A DNA stretch of 63,640 nt, from positions 146,280,917-146,344,556 of the forward strand of contig NC_068981.1 in assembly GCF_001194135.2 (NCBI RefSeq). The letters run 5' to 3'. The notes under the pieces are model-generated. The model did not search any database. It was not told the DNA's origin and saw only the letters and a list, made by a program, of their open reading frames with translations. Within the stretch, counting starts at the first letter, position 1. Each line of letters begins with the position of its first letter. A program made the translations under genes and the position numbers. The DNA comes from Octopus bimaculoides (taxonomy: Eukaryota). Below, piece by piece: positions 50,462 through 63,420 of this stretch.

Positions 50462-51040
50462 GAGTGAGAGAGCAGTCCATACCATCAAAGTAATTCTGGG
50501 GTAAAATATACGAAGTCCAGTATACCTATCATGAATACCCGTTTGATAAGGGTACACCAGGCACATACATGCCAACAATATGTGCGTCACATGGTGATCT
50601 TATATCAAATAAACAACGCATGACATTGCAGGTGGGGTCTCAGTTAGAATTTTCTTCAGGTCAAGTAGCCCATCCTGCTCAAAAACTCCCTGAATAAGGG
50701 TTGTTTAAGGATGTCGAATAAAACACCCAGAGGTGAATTATTTAAACCCTAAAGAATTCCTCTCAACCCATAGTTATGATGCTCCCCCACTACTTCTGCT
50801 CGTGATCAGAGATGCACATATCGTCAGCCACGAAGGAACATGCTCAACTGGTTAAGGTCAAACAACTGACAAGCAAATCTGTGGTATTAAGCAGAATATT
50901 TGTTGTAGTCCATCTTTTATACCAAGACAAAACAATGTACATGATAACACTTCCAATCAATTAAGATCAGAACCCGTGAGAGCCATTGCCTGGTACGATG
51001 TGCATCACAACCATATGTGCGCGACATAGTGATCAGGGCG
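50462..51040 (-). mobile_element. ~580-bp non-coding retroposed element ending in (AAT)n on the minus strand
   Basis: Abuts (ATT)n at 50386-50461; ~35-bp internal direct repeat (aaca/aacc-atatgtgcg..acat(g/a)gtgatc) at 50565-50599 and 51001-51034. Confidence 0.55.
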
Positions 51041-51469
51041 TTTATTTTCAAATGTTGCAGAGTTATCATTATCATTATTGTTGTTGTTGTTACCTCCGCC
51101 TTAGCGAAGGTGGAGGTATTGTTTTCATTTGTGTTTACTTGTTTGTTTGTTTGTTTGTCCGTGGACAAGATAACTCAAGAACCGCTGGATGGATTCGGAT
51201 GAAACTTTCAGGGATGTTTGGCTTCAAGACTGACACAAATTGATTAGATTTTGGGATCGATCCGGTACCGGAGAAGTATTCTGGATTAATTTTCCTGTTC
51301 TTTTTTTTTTTTTTTTTACCTAATTTTTGAGAGCGGCGTTCAGTTTTAGTATTCTCGTTTGTGAGAGCAGTCGAGTTTATTTCAGATATTCTCATTTTAA
51401 AATCAATCTGGCTAATCATTCAGAGGACGTTGATGATGCCTTGGCCGAAGTTTGGACTCTTTGAGTGGT

Positions 51470-51607
<138 letters not shown>

Positions 51608-51959
51608 TAAGGCGACGAGCTGGTAGACTCGTTAGCACGCTGGACGAAATGCTTAGCGGTATTTCATCCGTCGGTACGTTCTGAGTTCAGATTCCGCCGA
51701 GGTCGACTTTGCCTTTCATCCTTTCGGGCTCGATAAATTAAGTACTAGTGAAACACTGGAGTCGATGTAATCGACTATTCCCCTCCCCACAAATTTGAGG
51801 CCTTGTGCCTTCAGTAGAAAGGATTTTTTATTATTATTATTATTATTATTGTTATTATTATTGTCTCTTTATCACCAGTTACGCATTGGGGTTGATGTAA
51901 TCGATTTAATCCCTCCCCCAAAATTTGAGGCCTTGTGCTTCCAGTAGAAAGGATTATCA

Positions 51960-51998
<39 letters not shown>

Positions 51999-52915
51999 GA
52001 TATCATTATTATTATTATTATTTATAAACTCACAACAGATTATACTGTTTGAAAATAAAAGTTCCTAAAACTGGTGTCGATGTAATCGACTGGTCCCCTC
52101 CCAATAAATTGCGGGCCTTGTGCCTTTAGTAGAATGGATTATTGTTGTTGTTGTTGTTGCTGTTGTTGTTGTTGCTGCTGCTGTTGTTGTTATTGCTTAG
52201 AAGGCAGCGAGAGCGGAGCAAAATGTTTGGCCGCATTTCGCCCATCTTCACATTCGGAGTTCAAATTCCGCTGCGATCAACTTTGCCTTTCATCCTTTTA
52301 GGATCGATAAATTAAGTCCTGGCGGGGGAGGCTGATATAATCGATCTACCCGTCAAATTTCAGTATTTACCCCGCCAAATTTCAGTATTTGCGTCCATAG
52401 TAGAAAGGCTAATTATTATTATTGCTTTGTTGTTGTTGTTTTGTTGTTGTTGTTGTTGTTTTTGTTGTTGTTAAGAAGGCAGTAAACTGGGAAAAATGCT
52501 TATCGGTATTTCGTCCATTCACCATTTCGTCCATCTTTATATTCTGAGTTCAAATTCCGTCGAGGCTGAGTTTCCCTTTCATCCTTTTGGGGTTGATAAA
52601 ATAAATGCCAGTTGAACACTAGTGTCAATGTAATCGACTTAGCCACTCTTCCGACATTACTGGCCTTGTGACAAAATTTTAAATCATTATTATAATTATT
52701 AAAGCAGATTGCTGGCGGAATCCTTAAGTAACGGTGGATAAAATGCTTAGCAAAATTTTTTCCGGTTTTATGTTCTGAGTCTAAATGTCGTCCAGGTCGA
52801 CTTCGCTCTTCATCCTTTCTGTGTCGATTAAACTACAGTACTATCAAGTACTTAGATCGATTGTATCGACTAATCCCTCCCCACCAAAATTTCTAGCCTT
52901 TTGTCTAAATTATAA
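51608..52915 (+). mobile_element. Head-to-tail stack of six SINE family A copies or fragments separated by (TAT)n/(TTG)n
   Basis: Copies at about 51608, 51875, 52060, 52200, 52475 and 52700; most end in ggccttgtg...agtagaaaggatt followed by a triplet tail. Confidence 0.88.
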
Positions 52916-53419
52916 ACTGTTATGACTAATATTGTTACATTCCATACCGCAAATTGGCCAATCTTAACCCTTACCAGCATCTTGACACCACACACCTCTG
53001 CCATTTTATCCTTGCCAATTATTACAATGATGATTACGATGATGATAAGGTGACGGAGCAGAAGGGAAGCAGGAGGAGGAGGGGGAGGAGAGAATGTGGT
53101 TATTATAAATTGGATGGCGGTTACGATTAATTTCCATTCATCCTAAAATGTTTCTCTAAAGTATTATATCTTTTAGAAAAATCTTTTGAAAATCAATATC
53201 GTTAAAACTGCCTTTCTAACATAGCTTTGCAAATTATAATAGAAGTTGGTGCAACATAAATACAAATAGAGAAAAAGAGGATGAAAGAAAATGGAGGTTT
53301 TTTTATGAAACCAAAACGGGTTTCTTTCTTTAAAGATTTTTTTTAGATTTTTTTTTTTCAACCAAAGTCTTGAGTCATTCGCGTTTCCCTTTGAGAAACT
53401 CTGCAAATTAATTTAATAT

Positions 53420-53612
53420 AATCATCATCGTCATTGTCACCATCGTCGTTGTCATCACCATCTCCTTCACCACCACCACCTCCATCATCGTCATTGATAA
53501 CAGCATCATCATCATCGTCATCATCATATTGCCATCATCATCGTCATCGCCATCATCATCGTCATCGCCATCATCATCGTCATCGCCATCATCATCGTCA
53601 TCGCCATCATCA
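53420..53612. repeat. (CAT)-based repeat with an 18-bp higher-order unit
   Basis: ccatcatcatcgtcatcg x4 at about 53532-53603. Confidence 0.9.
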
Positions 53613-54457
53613 TATCATTGACTTTTTCGGATTCACAAAATTATTTCAGAAATTTCGTGAATTTATAATTTCTCCATATCTTCGTAACCTTATATGGCTC
53701 CTTCTTAATTTTCTTTTCTTTTGTCTTTTCTCAAAGACATTTTTCTCTTTCAGTATTGCACGATGTCCTTAAGGACAATTTAAATAAAACTGACAGACAA
53801 TTTTTTCTTTCTTTTTTATTATTTTTAATATATTCTAATACGTAAAAAATTATCAACAGAATCATTCAACACTGTTTACCGTTTTGAATTTTTCAGTTAT
53901 CTTACCTGAATTAAATTCACATTCATGATTACAAAGGAGAGAATTCGAAACATTCTCTACGAGTAGAGCATACAGATTGACGCATTCAGTTCCTGAAATC
54001 CTAGCTTTACTTCTGCTCTCAATAAAACGAAAAAAATGTACTTCAAATTACTCAGACACTGTCAAAAATAGTATTCGTACTAATAAAACCTGTACTTGTT
54101 TTCGAAATTACTTTTACGTTCTTATTTACCTCTAGTGAGAATATTGGTAAAGGCTTTTGTGCCTATGTTATAAACCATCATATTTATTTTATAATATTCA
54201 TGGCGAAGGATTGGTAGATTCGTAATAGCATCGGAAAAATACATTGTGGTATTTGTTCAGTATCTTACCTTCTGAGTTCAAATGACTCGGAGATCAAATT
54301 AGCTTTCCATTCTTTCGAGGTCGACAAAATATAGTACCAACCAAGTAATCCGGTTAATGGTATCGATTATTTCCCTCCTTTCAAAATTACTGACCATGTT
54401 CTTAGTTCTTTTCCTATGCATTTTGCTACCAAATGTGTTTATCTTTGTATATATTAA

Positions 54458-54503
54458 TATAGTCCGACGGCGGCTTAACTGGCCGATACTTTGAAATCAT
54501 TGT
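54458..54503 (+). ncRNA. Degraded second copy of the U4C-core hammerhead-like motif
   Basis: TATAGT-CCGACGG-CGGCTTAACTGGCC-GATA-CTTTGAAA-TC-ATTGTC-aacaat, homologous to 12226-12277. Confidence 0.45.
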
Positions 54504-55611
54504 CAACAATATTTTTGTTTAAGAATATATGGGTGTGTATGTGTGTGCGTGTGTGTGATACAGAGAGAGAACAAAGAGTGATGTAGAAAGTTAGAGCAAT
54601 GAAATTTGACATAGATTATATACATATATATATCTGAAATTTATATATATATATATATATATGAAATTTATATATAAATGAAATTTAGCCTTAACAAACG
54701 AATATCAAGAACATCGTTTGGTAGACTCCACGAACGTTTTGAATATAAACATTATTGCTACTTCGTTACATTGTTCACAGCACGTTCTTAAACAGATTTT
54801 TCAACACTTCACAAATCATTTGTATATCGAGCGTCGATCTTTTTGTGTTAATGGCTTAAATTTTCATCAGCAATAACACTTGATTAAATATTACTCAACA
54901 ATTTAAGATGATCTTTTTTTAAAAAAGAGAATTTTAAATCCTTTCTAAGGAACATCCTGTGGTTAGTGTTCGACGACGCGTTTATCATTCGCCTTCATAC
55001 TATTCTATCAAAATGCCAGTTTGTATTTCTTAGTCTTTTACTCGAACCACTAAGCTAATTTTGATTTATTTTTGCCTTTTATTAGAAACAGTGATACAGA
55101 AATGTAACTCAAAAGCAATAAAGAAAATAAACTATTGTAGAACCAGTGCTTTATTTACACAGAACGTTCTGTCTAGACAATTAATAATTATAAAATTGTT
55201 ACCTTTTTTTTTTTCAGGATTGTGTTTGCTTAATAAAATGTGTGGAAAAGTAAGTAATTATATCGTGGAAATAAGATGATAGCCAATTAAAATTTACTTA
55301 TATGGTCATATTTATCGTTACTCTATTTTGTGATGGTATTCTTCTCATTTTTAATAATCTTTTGACTGGTTTCGCTCATTGGACTGCAGCCATGGTATGG
55401 CCTGTGTTGGAGAGTGTTAGTCGATCACATCACCTCCCATCAGTTACTACTTCAATTTGGTATTTTATTTATAGTCAAAATTTAACTAATTGCTACATAC
55501 AAGTTTGTGAAAAATTAAATACCAGTTTTACACAGACATGGACATCACTCACACACATTCACGCTCTCTCTCTCTTTCTCGCTCTCTCTCTTTCTCGCTC
55601 TCTCTCTCTCA

Positions 55612-55684
<73 letters not shown>

Positions 55685-55834
55685 ACTCGTTTTTCTTTTT
55701 CAGTGGGANNNNNNNNNNGTGTGTGTGTGTGTGTGTGTGTGTGCGCGTGCGTGCGTGCGTGCGTGCGTGTCTGTGTGTGTGCGTGTGTGTGCTTTTTTTT
55801 GTGTGTGTGTGTGTGTGTATTTGACAAATTAAGT

Positions 55835-56189
55835 AAACATAAGGACCTGGAAATTGAAATACATCGTAAAGCGAGAACTGTTCCTGTTATTGTGAGTGCC
55901 CTTGTTATGTTAAGAAAGGGATGTCAGAAACATCTCGATAATATCCCAGGAGAACCATGTCTCAGAGAACTCCAAAAGATTGTGCTGACGAGTACTTCCC
56001 ACATCCTTAAAAAAAACCTTATCAATTTAAATGTATGTGTCGTATTACATGAAGATATTTCGCTACTGCCCCTGCCACTTGCCCTCCCCAAGCTTTCAGT
56101 CATACTGTAACATCTCTTATCGTTCATTCGCCCTAGGACGCTGGGTGTGTCTCGGCGAGTGACTGTAACACACATGCGGATTAAAAGTA

Positions 56190-56190
<1 letters not shown>
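55835..56190 (+). mobile_element. 3' end of an RLE LINE followed by (AAT)n
   Basis: KHKDLEIEI..TVPVIVSALVM..KHLDNIPGEP.LRELQKIVLTSTSHIL; then a 3' UTR and an (AAT)n tail. Confidence 0.85.
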
Positions 56191-56254
<64 letters not shown>

Positions 56255-56266
56255 TAATAATAATCA

Positions 56267-57204
56267 TTGAAAAGAGGAAAGAGTTATAAGTATCTAGAAG
56301 TATTAAAATTTGCCAGAGTACTAACTACAGAAATGAAAACGGAAATTGAGGAGTCCATTAGAAGGGTGAGGAAGTTAATGAAATCAATGCTAAATGGTCC
56401 GAAACTAGCGAAGGCTGTAAATACTTGGGCAGTATCATTACTGAGATACTCAGCAGTTTTTGTAGATTGGACACAAACTGAATTAGCAAAGCTAGAGAGA
56501 AGGACTAGGACGGAATTCAATATGAATGGAGGACTCCACCTAAGAGCAGGAGTAACAAGATTATACCTACCTAGAAAGGAAGGCGGAAGAAGGTTAATAT
56601 CAGTAGAAGGCTGCATGGAGTTAGCTAGAGTAGATATAGACTCCTGTGCAGGTAATAGTGAAGAAACATTTTTAAAAGCTGCTAGGGTCACAGCAAGACC
56701 GAAACAAAGTTAAAAACAAGAAAAAAGAACAGAAATTATCTGACTAGCAGGAGAAGGCGTTGCATGGTAGTTTCTCAAAGATATTTGCAGCAAATAGTAG
56801 TAGGAAGACATTGTTATGGTTGCAGAAAGGAATGCTGAAGTGGGAGACAGAAAGTTTGTTAGTAGCTGCACAAGATGAAGCAATAAGGATTGATTGGATA
56901 AATGCCAAGTTAGACAAAAACCAAGTAGATTCCCAATGTAGATTATTCAAATCAAGAGAGGAAAGTGTTACTCATATAATAAATGAATGTAGCATGCTGG
57001 CACAGAAAGAATACAAGAAAAGACATGACAATCTAGGGAGAGAATTCCACTGGAAGCTATGTAGAAAGCTAGGATTTGAACATACTGATAAATGATATGA
57101 ACATGAACCTAGTAAAATACTAGAAAGTAAGAAATACAAGATGTAGGACTTTAATATTCAGACTGACAGAGTAATAGAAGCTAGAAGGCCTGATTTGGTA
57201 GTAT

Positions 57205-57261
<57 letters not shown>

Positions 57262-57700
57262 ATAAAGAGATTGGAAAGTGTCAGATAATTGACTTTACAA
57301 TCCCAAATGATGAAAAACATTAATATGAGAAGTATAGAAAAAATAGCTATTGAATTACAGATGCTATGGAAGGTTCGGGCAAAACGTATCCCAGTAGTTA
57401 TAGGTGCATTGGGAACTATTCCTAAAGATCTGATCATATGGAGAGAGGGAATAGGCAGCTCCAGAAAATAGTACAGCTGGAGATGTACAGAATAGTACAG
57501 CTGGAGCTGTACAGAATAGTACAGCTCCAGAAAACAGTGTTATTGGGGACAGCTAGGATACTTAGGAGCATTCTTGGCATCTAAGATTACTTGCTGTAAC
57601 CCAATAGGATGGTTCTTGGCATCTAAAGCTACTTGTTGTAGCCTGATATTAGGATTCTTTTCTTTTCCAACAGTCTAATCTGAGAATATATGAAAATAAT
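56267..57700 (+). pseudogene. 5'-truncated RLE non-LTR retrotransposon (R4/Dong-like): RT thumb, zinc knuckle, RLE nuclease
   Basis: YKYLEV, AVNTWAVSLLRYSA, RLYLPRKEGGRRL, ETESLLVAAQD, CRL...ESVTHIINEC...KKRHDN, EARRPDLV..DKE..CQIIDFT, IPVVIGALGTIPKDL, LQKTVLLGTARILR; stops and frameshifts present. Confidence 0.93.
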
Positions 57701-57705
57701 AATAA

Positions 57706-57835
<130 letters not shown>

Positions 57836-58641
57836 AATTGTGTTGATGAGGAAATTGATTGTGTTGATGGGGATGATGGTAATCGTATGGAGTGTTAAAC
57901 AAAACAACGCGATTCGATTTTTGTTAACAATCATAGACTATACTCGGCTTACGGTATTAATGCTACTGAGAAAGACATAAATATTTGCATATTACCATCT
58001 GTCTCTAGAAATATAAGACTGTGTACTGTAAAACAATGTAAAAAAAAAATAATCTGTATTGCTAGCATTAATGTTGAAATCTTCTTGGTACAAGCTAATA
58101 TCATGAACTGAAATCTATATAGAGAAACAACTAACAACATTAAATGCAGAATTCCAGTGTATATTCCAACAATACTTGGACTGGCTGGCTAAATGTAAAT
58201 ATTGACATAAGTATGTATATCTGCATATTTTCTTAATGTCACAACGTGTTAATTTATACACGCTGTTTCTTTGTTTGTTATTATTGCTGGTTATTATTTC
58301 ATTGAAGATATTTGGCAGAGACCTCTGAAATACTTGTACTCTTGTGTTATTTAGTTATGGATTGTACGTTCTCAAGCACCTGCTAACATTAATTTAAACC
58401 TATCATTGTTACAAGATCAATAGAGCACCAATCAAATACCGATATTGATTTGTTTGACCATATCCTACGCCCAAATATGTGATACTGAGCCAATATTAAA
58501 TATATATATATATATATATATATATANNNNNNNNNNNNNNNNNNNNNNNNNNNNNNNNNNNNNNNNNNNNNNNNNNNNNNNNNNNNNNNNNNNNNNNNNN
58601 NNNNNNNNNNNNNNNNNNNNNNNNNNNNNNNNNNNNNNNTA

Positions 58642-58672
<31 letters not shown>

Positions 58673-61600
58673 TTGTTGTTTAAGCCCTGTGCAGTCTTGA
58701 GCAAGAAGTTCAAATATCGAAAACGTATCTGTCCCATCTTTTGCAAAGGCAACGGCTCTAGAACTACATTACCCAATGAATTCTTCCATTTATGAAGGGT
58801 AGAGAGTAGTTTGATGGATATTTCACTGCTATTCTTAGCAGGTCCAGCGAACCCATAGAGGCTCCCACTTCCACTTACGCAGACGGTATTTGATTGTTGC
58901 CGTTCACATCCTCATTCCAGCCAATGTTGGTGTTGCAATTCATTCTTCAGTAGTCGACAAAATAACAGCTAATTGAATACTTGGGTGATATAATCGATAG
59001 TTTCTTATCATCAAATTCCTGACGTTCTACTAATATTCGAAATAATTATTGCAATTGTTGTTATTGATGATGATGATGATCATCATCATCATCGTTGTCG
59101 TTGTCATCATCATCATTATCATTTATCAGCATCAGCAGCCTCTTCATCACCATCCTCTTCTTACCACCCGAACATATCTAGTGCAGCTACCACACCATTA
59201 GAGCATCACCTTTGTGCCACAACCACAACCACTATCATTATCATAACCATCAACTTCATCACCCTTATCACCATCATCGTCGTAGCTGCCGTCGTTGTCG
59301 TCTATTTTTATCATTACCATGAAATATATAATTGTGTGTATAAAAAATTTTGAGCTGACCTGAACAGGTATAAGAATATTTTCCTGCACACACTATCAAA
59401 CAGTATTAAATCTAAGACATTGGCTATCGTTGAGATAACAATTGTGGTAATGCTTAAGACAGTCTCCTTAGATATTCCTGTTAGATTCTTTCTAAATCTC
59501 ACTATGGCTTGATCTAAACTTTCATAAGTACTATCATAATCTATGCAAAATCTGCAACTACCTTCATATACACTTATCTAATTAATGAGCAGGATGAACT
59601 CTAGTCTTAATTCGCATGAGAAAGAAATATCAAACTTCTGAACACTCTTGAATAACATGGAAAATTTTCCTTACACCCGCTTCATACTTCAATGGATTTC
59701 AAAACCGCAAATTTTGTCTCACTGAATAGTTCCAGACATTTAAGCAAACACGGATATTCTTCAACAGGAGATGAGAATTATTACCTAATTGCCAAATGTT
59801 TTTATGAAATATATACGTGATATATAGACACTCATACGTACATGCATGTATAGCTTTTTTGTTTTGCTGCAAAATTTTTGATGTGAAATTGTGAAAGCCG
59901 TTTTACGTTTGTAGGGCAATTTTGTCAATATAAATACACGCACTGGTTTTATTTAATTTCCTTTTATTATCATCTGTTAACCGTTTAATTACTCCATCAA
60001 TTGTAAAATTAACCATTTGTACTCCATCAGTTGTATGATTAACCATTTGATCATTCAATTAATTGTTTAGTAAGATTCTCTTACTAATATCGTCTTATTA
60101 AGGTTTTCTTTGTACGAAGATCCTCTTAGTAAGATGATCCTCTTCATACCAATGTTCTACTCTAAAAAGTTTCACACACTCACTCACACTTTTATAATTG
60201 AACGCTTTCAGTATCAAAACTGGTTTTTCCCGTGATTTTTCCTCCCTCCAGTGGGTTATAACTAAACAACTTATCATCAGGAAGCACTACCTTACTGCTA
60301 ATAACCTACTTGGTTAATGTATATCGCAGAAATAAAAATTTATTATCTCTCATAACTAATTTTTTTTCTTTTGAATTTGATTTAAACTATACAGGAGCAA
60401 CTCACTCAGAATTACAATGTTTTCTTGTGACAAGACTTACTTTGGGCCTATTGTAAGGAAATGTGTATATAAATGATTAAATGATAAAATAGAACCCCGG
60501 TATATAATTTTATTATTATATTGGTTATCGCATTTTCATACTATAAATCAAGAAATAAGAGACTCGTCGTGACGTTCCTGCCTGATTTCATAACAAAAAT
60601 TAATGATATATAGGAAGTTAAATTACTTTTAACTGGAAATCCAATCCTCATTATAGTTCCCATTAACCTGGAATTTACATCTTTGTTTCATCACACATGA
60701 GGTTTAGATAGGTGCGATTTACCACCCATGAGGTCTTATGTTTCTAGGCAGGGGAATGTAGTAACGTAAGCGATCATTGTCTTTCTTAAGAATATCAGAT
60801 AGTATGTGAAAACTAAAACATCACCGAAAAATCATTTTAACACAAAATAGTTTTTACATTCACTTCTGTATATTTTTTAAAATAGCACTCATTACTATCA
60901 AGTGTCAATAGTTTTGTTATTGAACATCTGCAACCTCGTCATTAAGGAGAATCGATTAGATACTTCGCAGCAAATGAAGCTCCAAGAATTAAAAATTTAC
61001 CAAAACGTAAAGAGTGAATATAACGGTTTATAACAAGACCTATTTACAATCTAGTTGCTAACAGTAATGTAAGAAACTGCCACGCTGGGAAATCGAAACC
61101 GTTTTTCAAAATCTGTCGAATAGGAAGTTATTTATAGTGGCTATTACTTTACTGCAATGCTGTCAAATGTCTTCCAATAATAATTGTATTTGTATTTTAT
61201 ATGTTATTATCTTGTTCAATTGAATTGTTTGCTGACATTCTCTTGGTATTTCCCAAAATATTACACTAATCACAAACTAACTGAGGCAATTAGTTATGTG
61301 AAAATAGTTACAAAAACTAAGCAACTAATTTCCCATGCTTTCTTCGTGGCACCAGAAATAGCTTTGTACCAAACATATTTATTTCTAATTTATAATTATT
61401 GCAAATTTCGCCAAAATGTTTCCATTGATTGCACATCAATTTCTTCTGCCATTTGCATGAGGCTTCAATATTATAAGGCATTTATTATGTCACTTTATCA
61501 TTTCTGTTACACACCCACCTTATATGATATAAACATAGATTTCTTGTATTAGCATAGAGAAACACAGAAAATGACTAGAAATATACTTCTTTTTGACTTG

Positions 61601-62609
61601 TTTCCTATCCAGAGGCTTGCTTTACGTTACATTAAGCAAAGATAAGCTAATACTTCAATACAAGTTCATCATGAATACATGCTCATCAAATATTTTGCTT
61701 TTCTCCTGTCCTAAGTGTAGTCTTTCTGTTAGGGACTGGTTTATCATTGTGCTCCCTTTACATTATCAGATTTATTTGTTGTTCTGGAACCTCTATATGG
61801 CCGCTCTCGCGCTAGAAATAGCAGCAATATTTTCATCAAATCATACATGGCCTTCAAACTTAAGCAATTGCACGTTATGTAAAGTAATACTACCTCTCTC
61901 TAAAATGGCAGGATGGTCTCTCTTTCTCTCTTTCACACACACACATATATGTATGCATCTCTGTGTGTGCGCATATGTATGTATTTATGCATGTATGTAT
62001 GTATGTATGTATGTATGCATGCATGCATATGTGCATATATCTATACTTCGATATATACGTGTGTTTCTATCTCCTGTACAGCATGTGATAGTTGTATCAC
62101 AGTCATGCCAGTAGTGTCTTTCGTTACCAATCTCCTGTGTAAACATGTCCTGCCATGGAAGAATATCACCTTGCTGGGGCACAGATGAGGGTAGGAGACA
62201 GGAAGAACATGCAGCCGTAGAAAATCTACCTCAGTGACTGCCGTCCGACCCATGTAGTCATGAAGAAGTAAATGTTAAACCGATAATCATTATGACGATG
62301 ATGATGAACATGAGCATGATGGTCACAAAGGGAATGTCTTTAAATATGGTTTCTGCTCGAACAGACCTAACCCAAGTCTCAAGAATTGTAGCAATTAATT
62401 ATCCCCGTATATTTATCCATTTTATGACGGTAGGGTAGAATTTGAGTATTTCTAATAGAGGATCATCCTGGTAGCATGATATTAAATCTGAAGATCTGAT
62501 ATATTTGAGTAACCAAATCTAAGCCCATAAGTCTGTCCAATCAGAGCGCGACCTTAGACTACACCACAAAAATGGCATTAATTAATGATCCCTGGTATAA
62601 AATAAGCCG

Positions 62610-62780
62610 TGTATGTAAGCATACAATGGCCGAATGGATAAGAAGTTTGCTTCCTAATTATAAGGTTCCAGGTTCAATCCCACTGTGTGGCATCTTAAGA
62701 AAATGTCATAGCCTTGTGTCGACCCATGCCTTGTAAGAGAAATTGTGCAAGCGGAAATTGTATAGAGCCCGCCGAATGTG
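62610..62780 (+). mobile_element. Degraded SINE family B
   Basis: atggccgaatggataagaagtttgcttcc...ggttccaggttcaatcccactgtgtggcatctt...gcggaaattgtatagagcccg. Confidence 0.7.
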
Positions 62781-63279
62781 TTGTACACACAATTCAAATG
62801 AAACTCACTATTCAAATGCAACAGCCTTAGCACATATTGTTATTTTGACAGTGCTTGAGAATCACATTAAGGGGACTCGTGTCTGTGGAATTAACGCTTA
62901 TACCTTAATTCAGGAGCAGATAATTCAGCTGATCGAACAGCTGAATCCTTGTCGAACAACAGAGACCTACCACAGCCATCACTATCATATATGCAAGTGC
63001 ACATGTGCATGCATGTAGAAATACCGATATCCCAGAATCACATGCGCCAATGAGCCAAGTATGTTATAAGCACATTGTCACCATAAAAGGGAGAACTTGT
63101 TCTCCTGCGACGTACACACATCGACTAACATACTTCGCGTTCGAATCTGCCGGAACGTATTGAGAATAAATTAGTAAGCCATCATTTATATACATACATA
63201 CATACATACATACATACATACATAAAAGCATACATACATATTATATATGTGTATATATAAACCATACAGTATATATATG

Positions 63280-63420
63280 GGAGAATATACGAAAAAATAA
63301 CAACAGACGAGGACAGGTGGTGTAAATAACAAAAGGATGTATTAGTATGACGCTCGGGAATACGGAAAGTCTTTGACGTTTCGAGCTACGCTCTTCAACA
63401 GAAAGAATACGGAGACAAGG
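63280..63420 (-). mobile_element. Penelope-like remnant with a fully paired A6U-core hammerhead motif (63366-63406)
   Basis: Minus strand TCTTT-CTGTTGA-A-GAGC-GTA-GCTC-GAAA-C-GTC-AAAGA: 5-bp helix I, 4-bp helix II, palindromic ACGT helix III, GUC site. Confidence 0.68.

Noticed and set aside
53434-53772. Poly-His/Ser ORF
   Set aside because: Translation of the (CAT)-based repeat.
61593-62114. 173-aa ORF
   Set aside because: Includes a family E repeat fragment and (TATG)n; no coherent coding signal.
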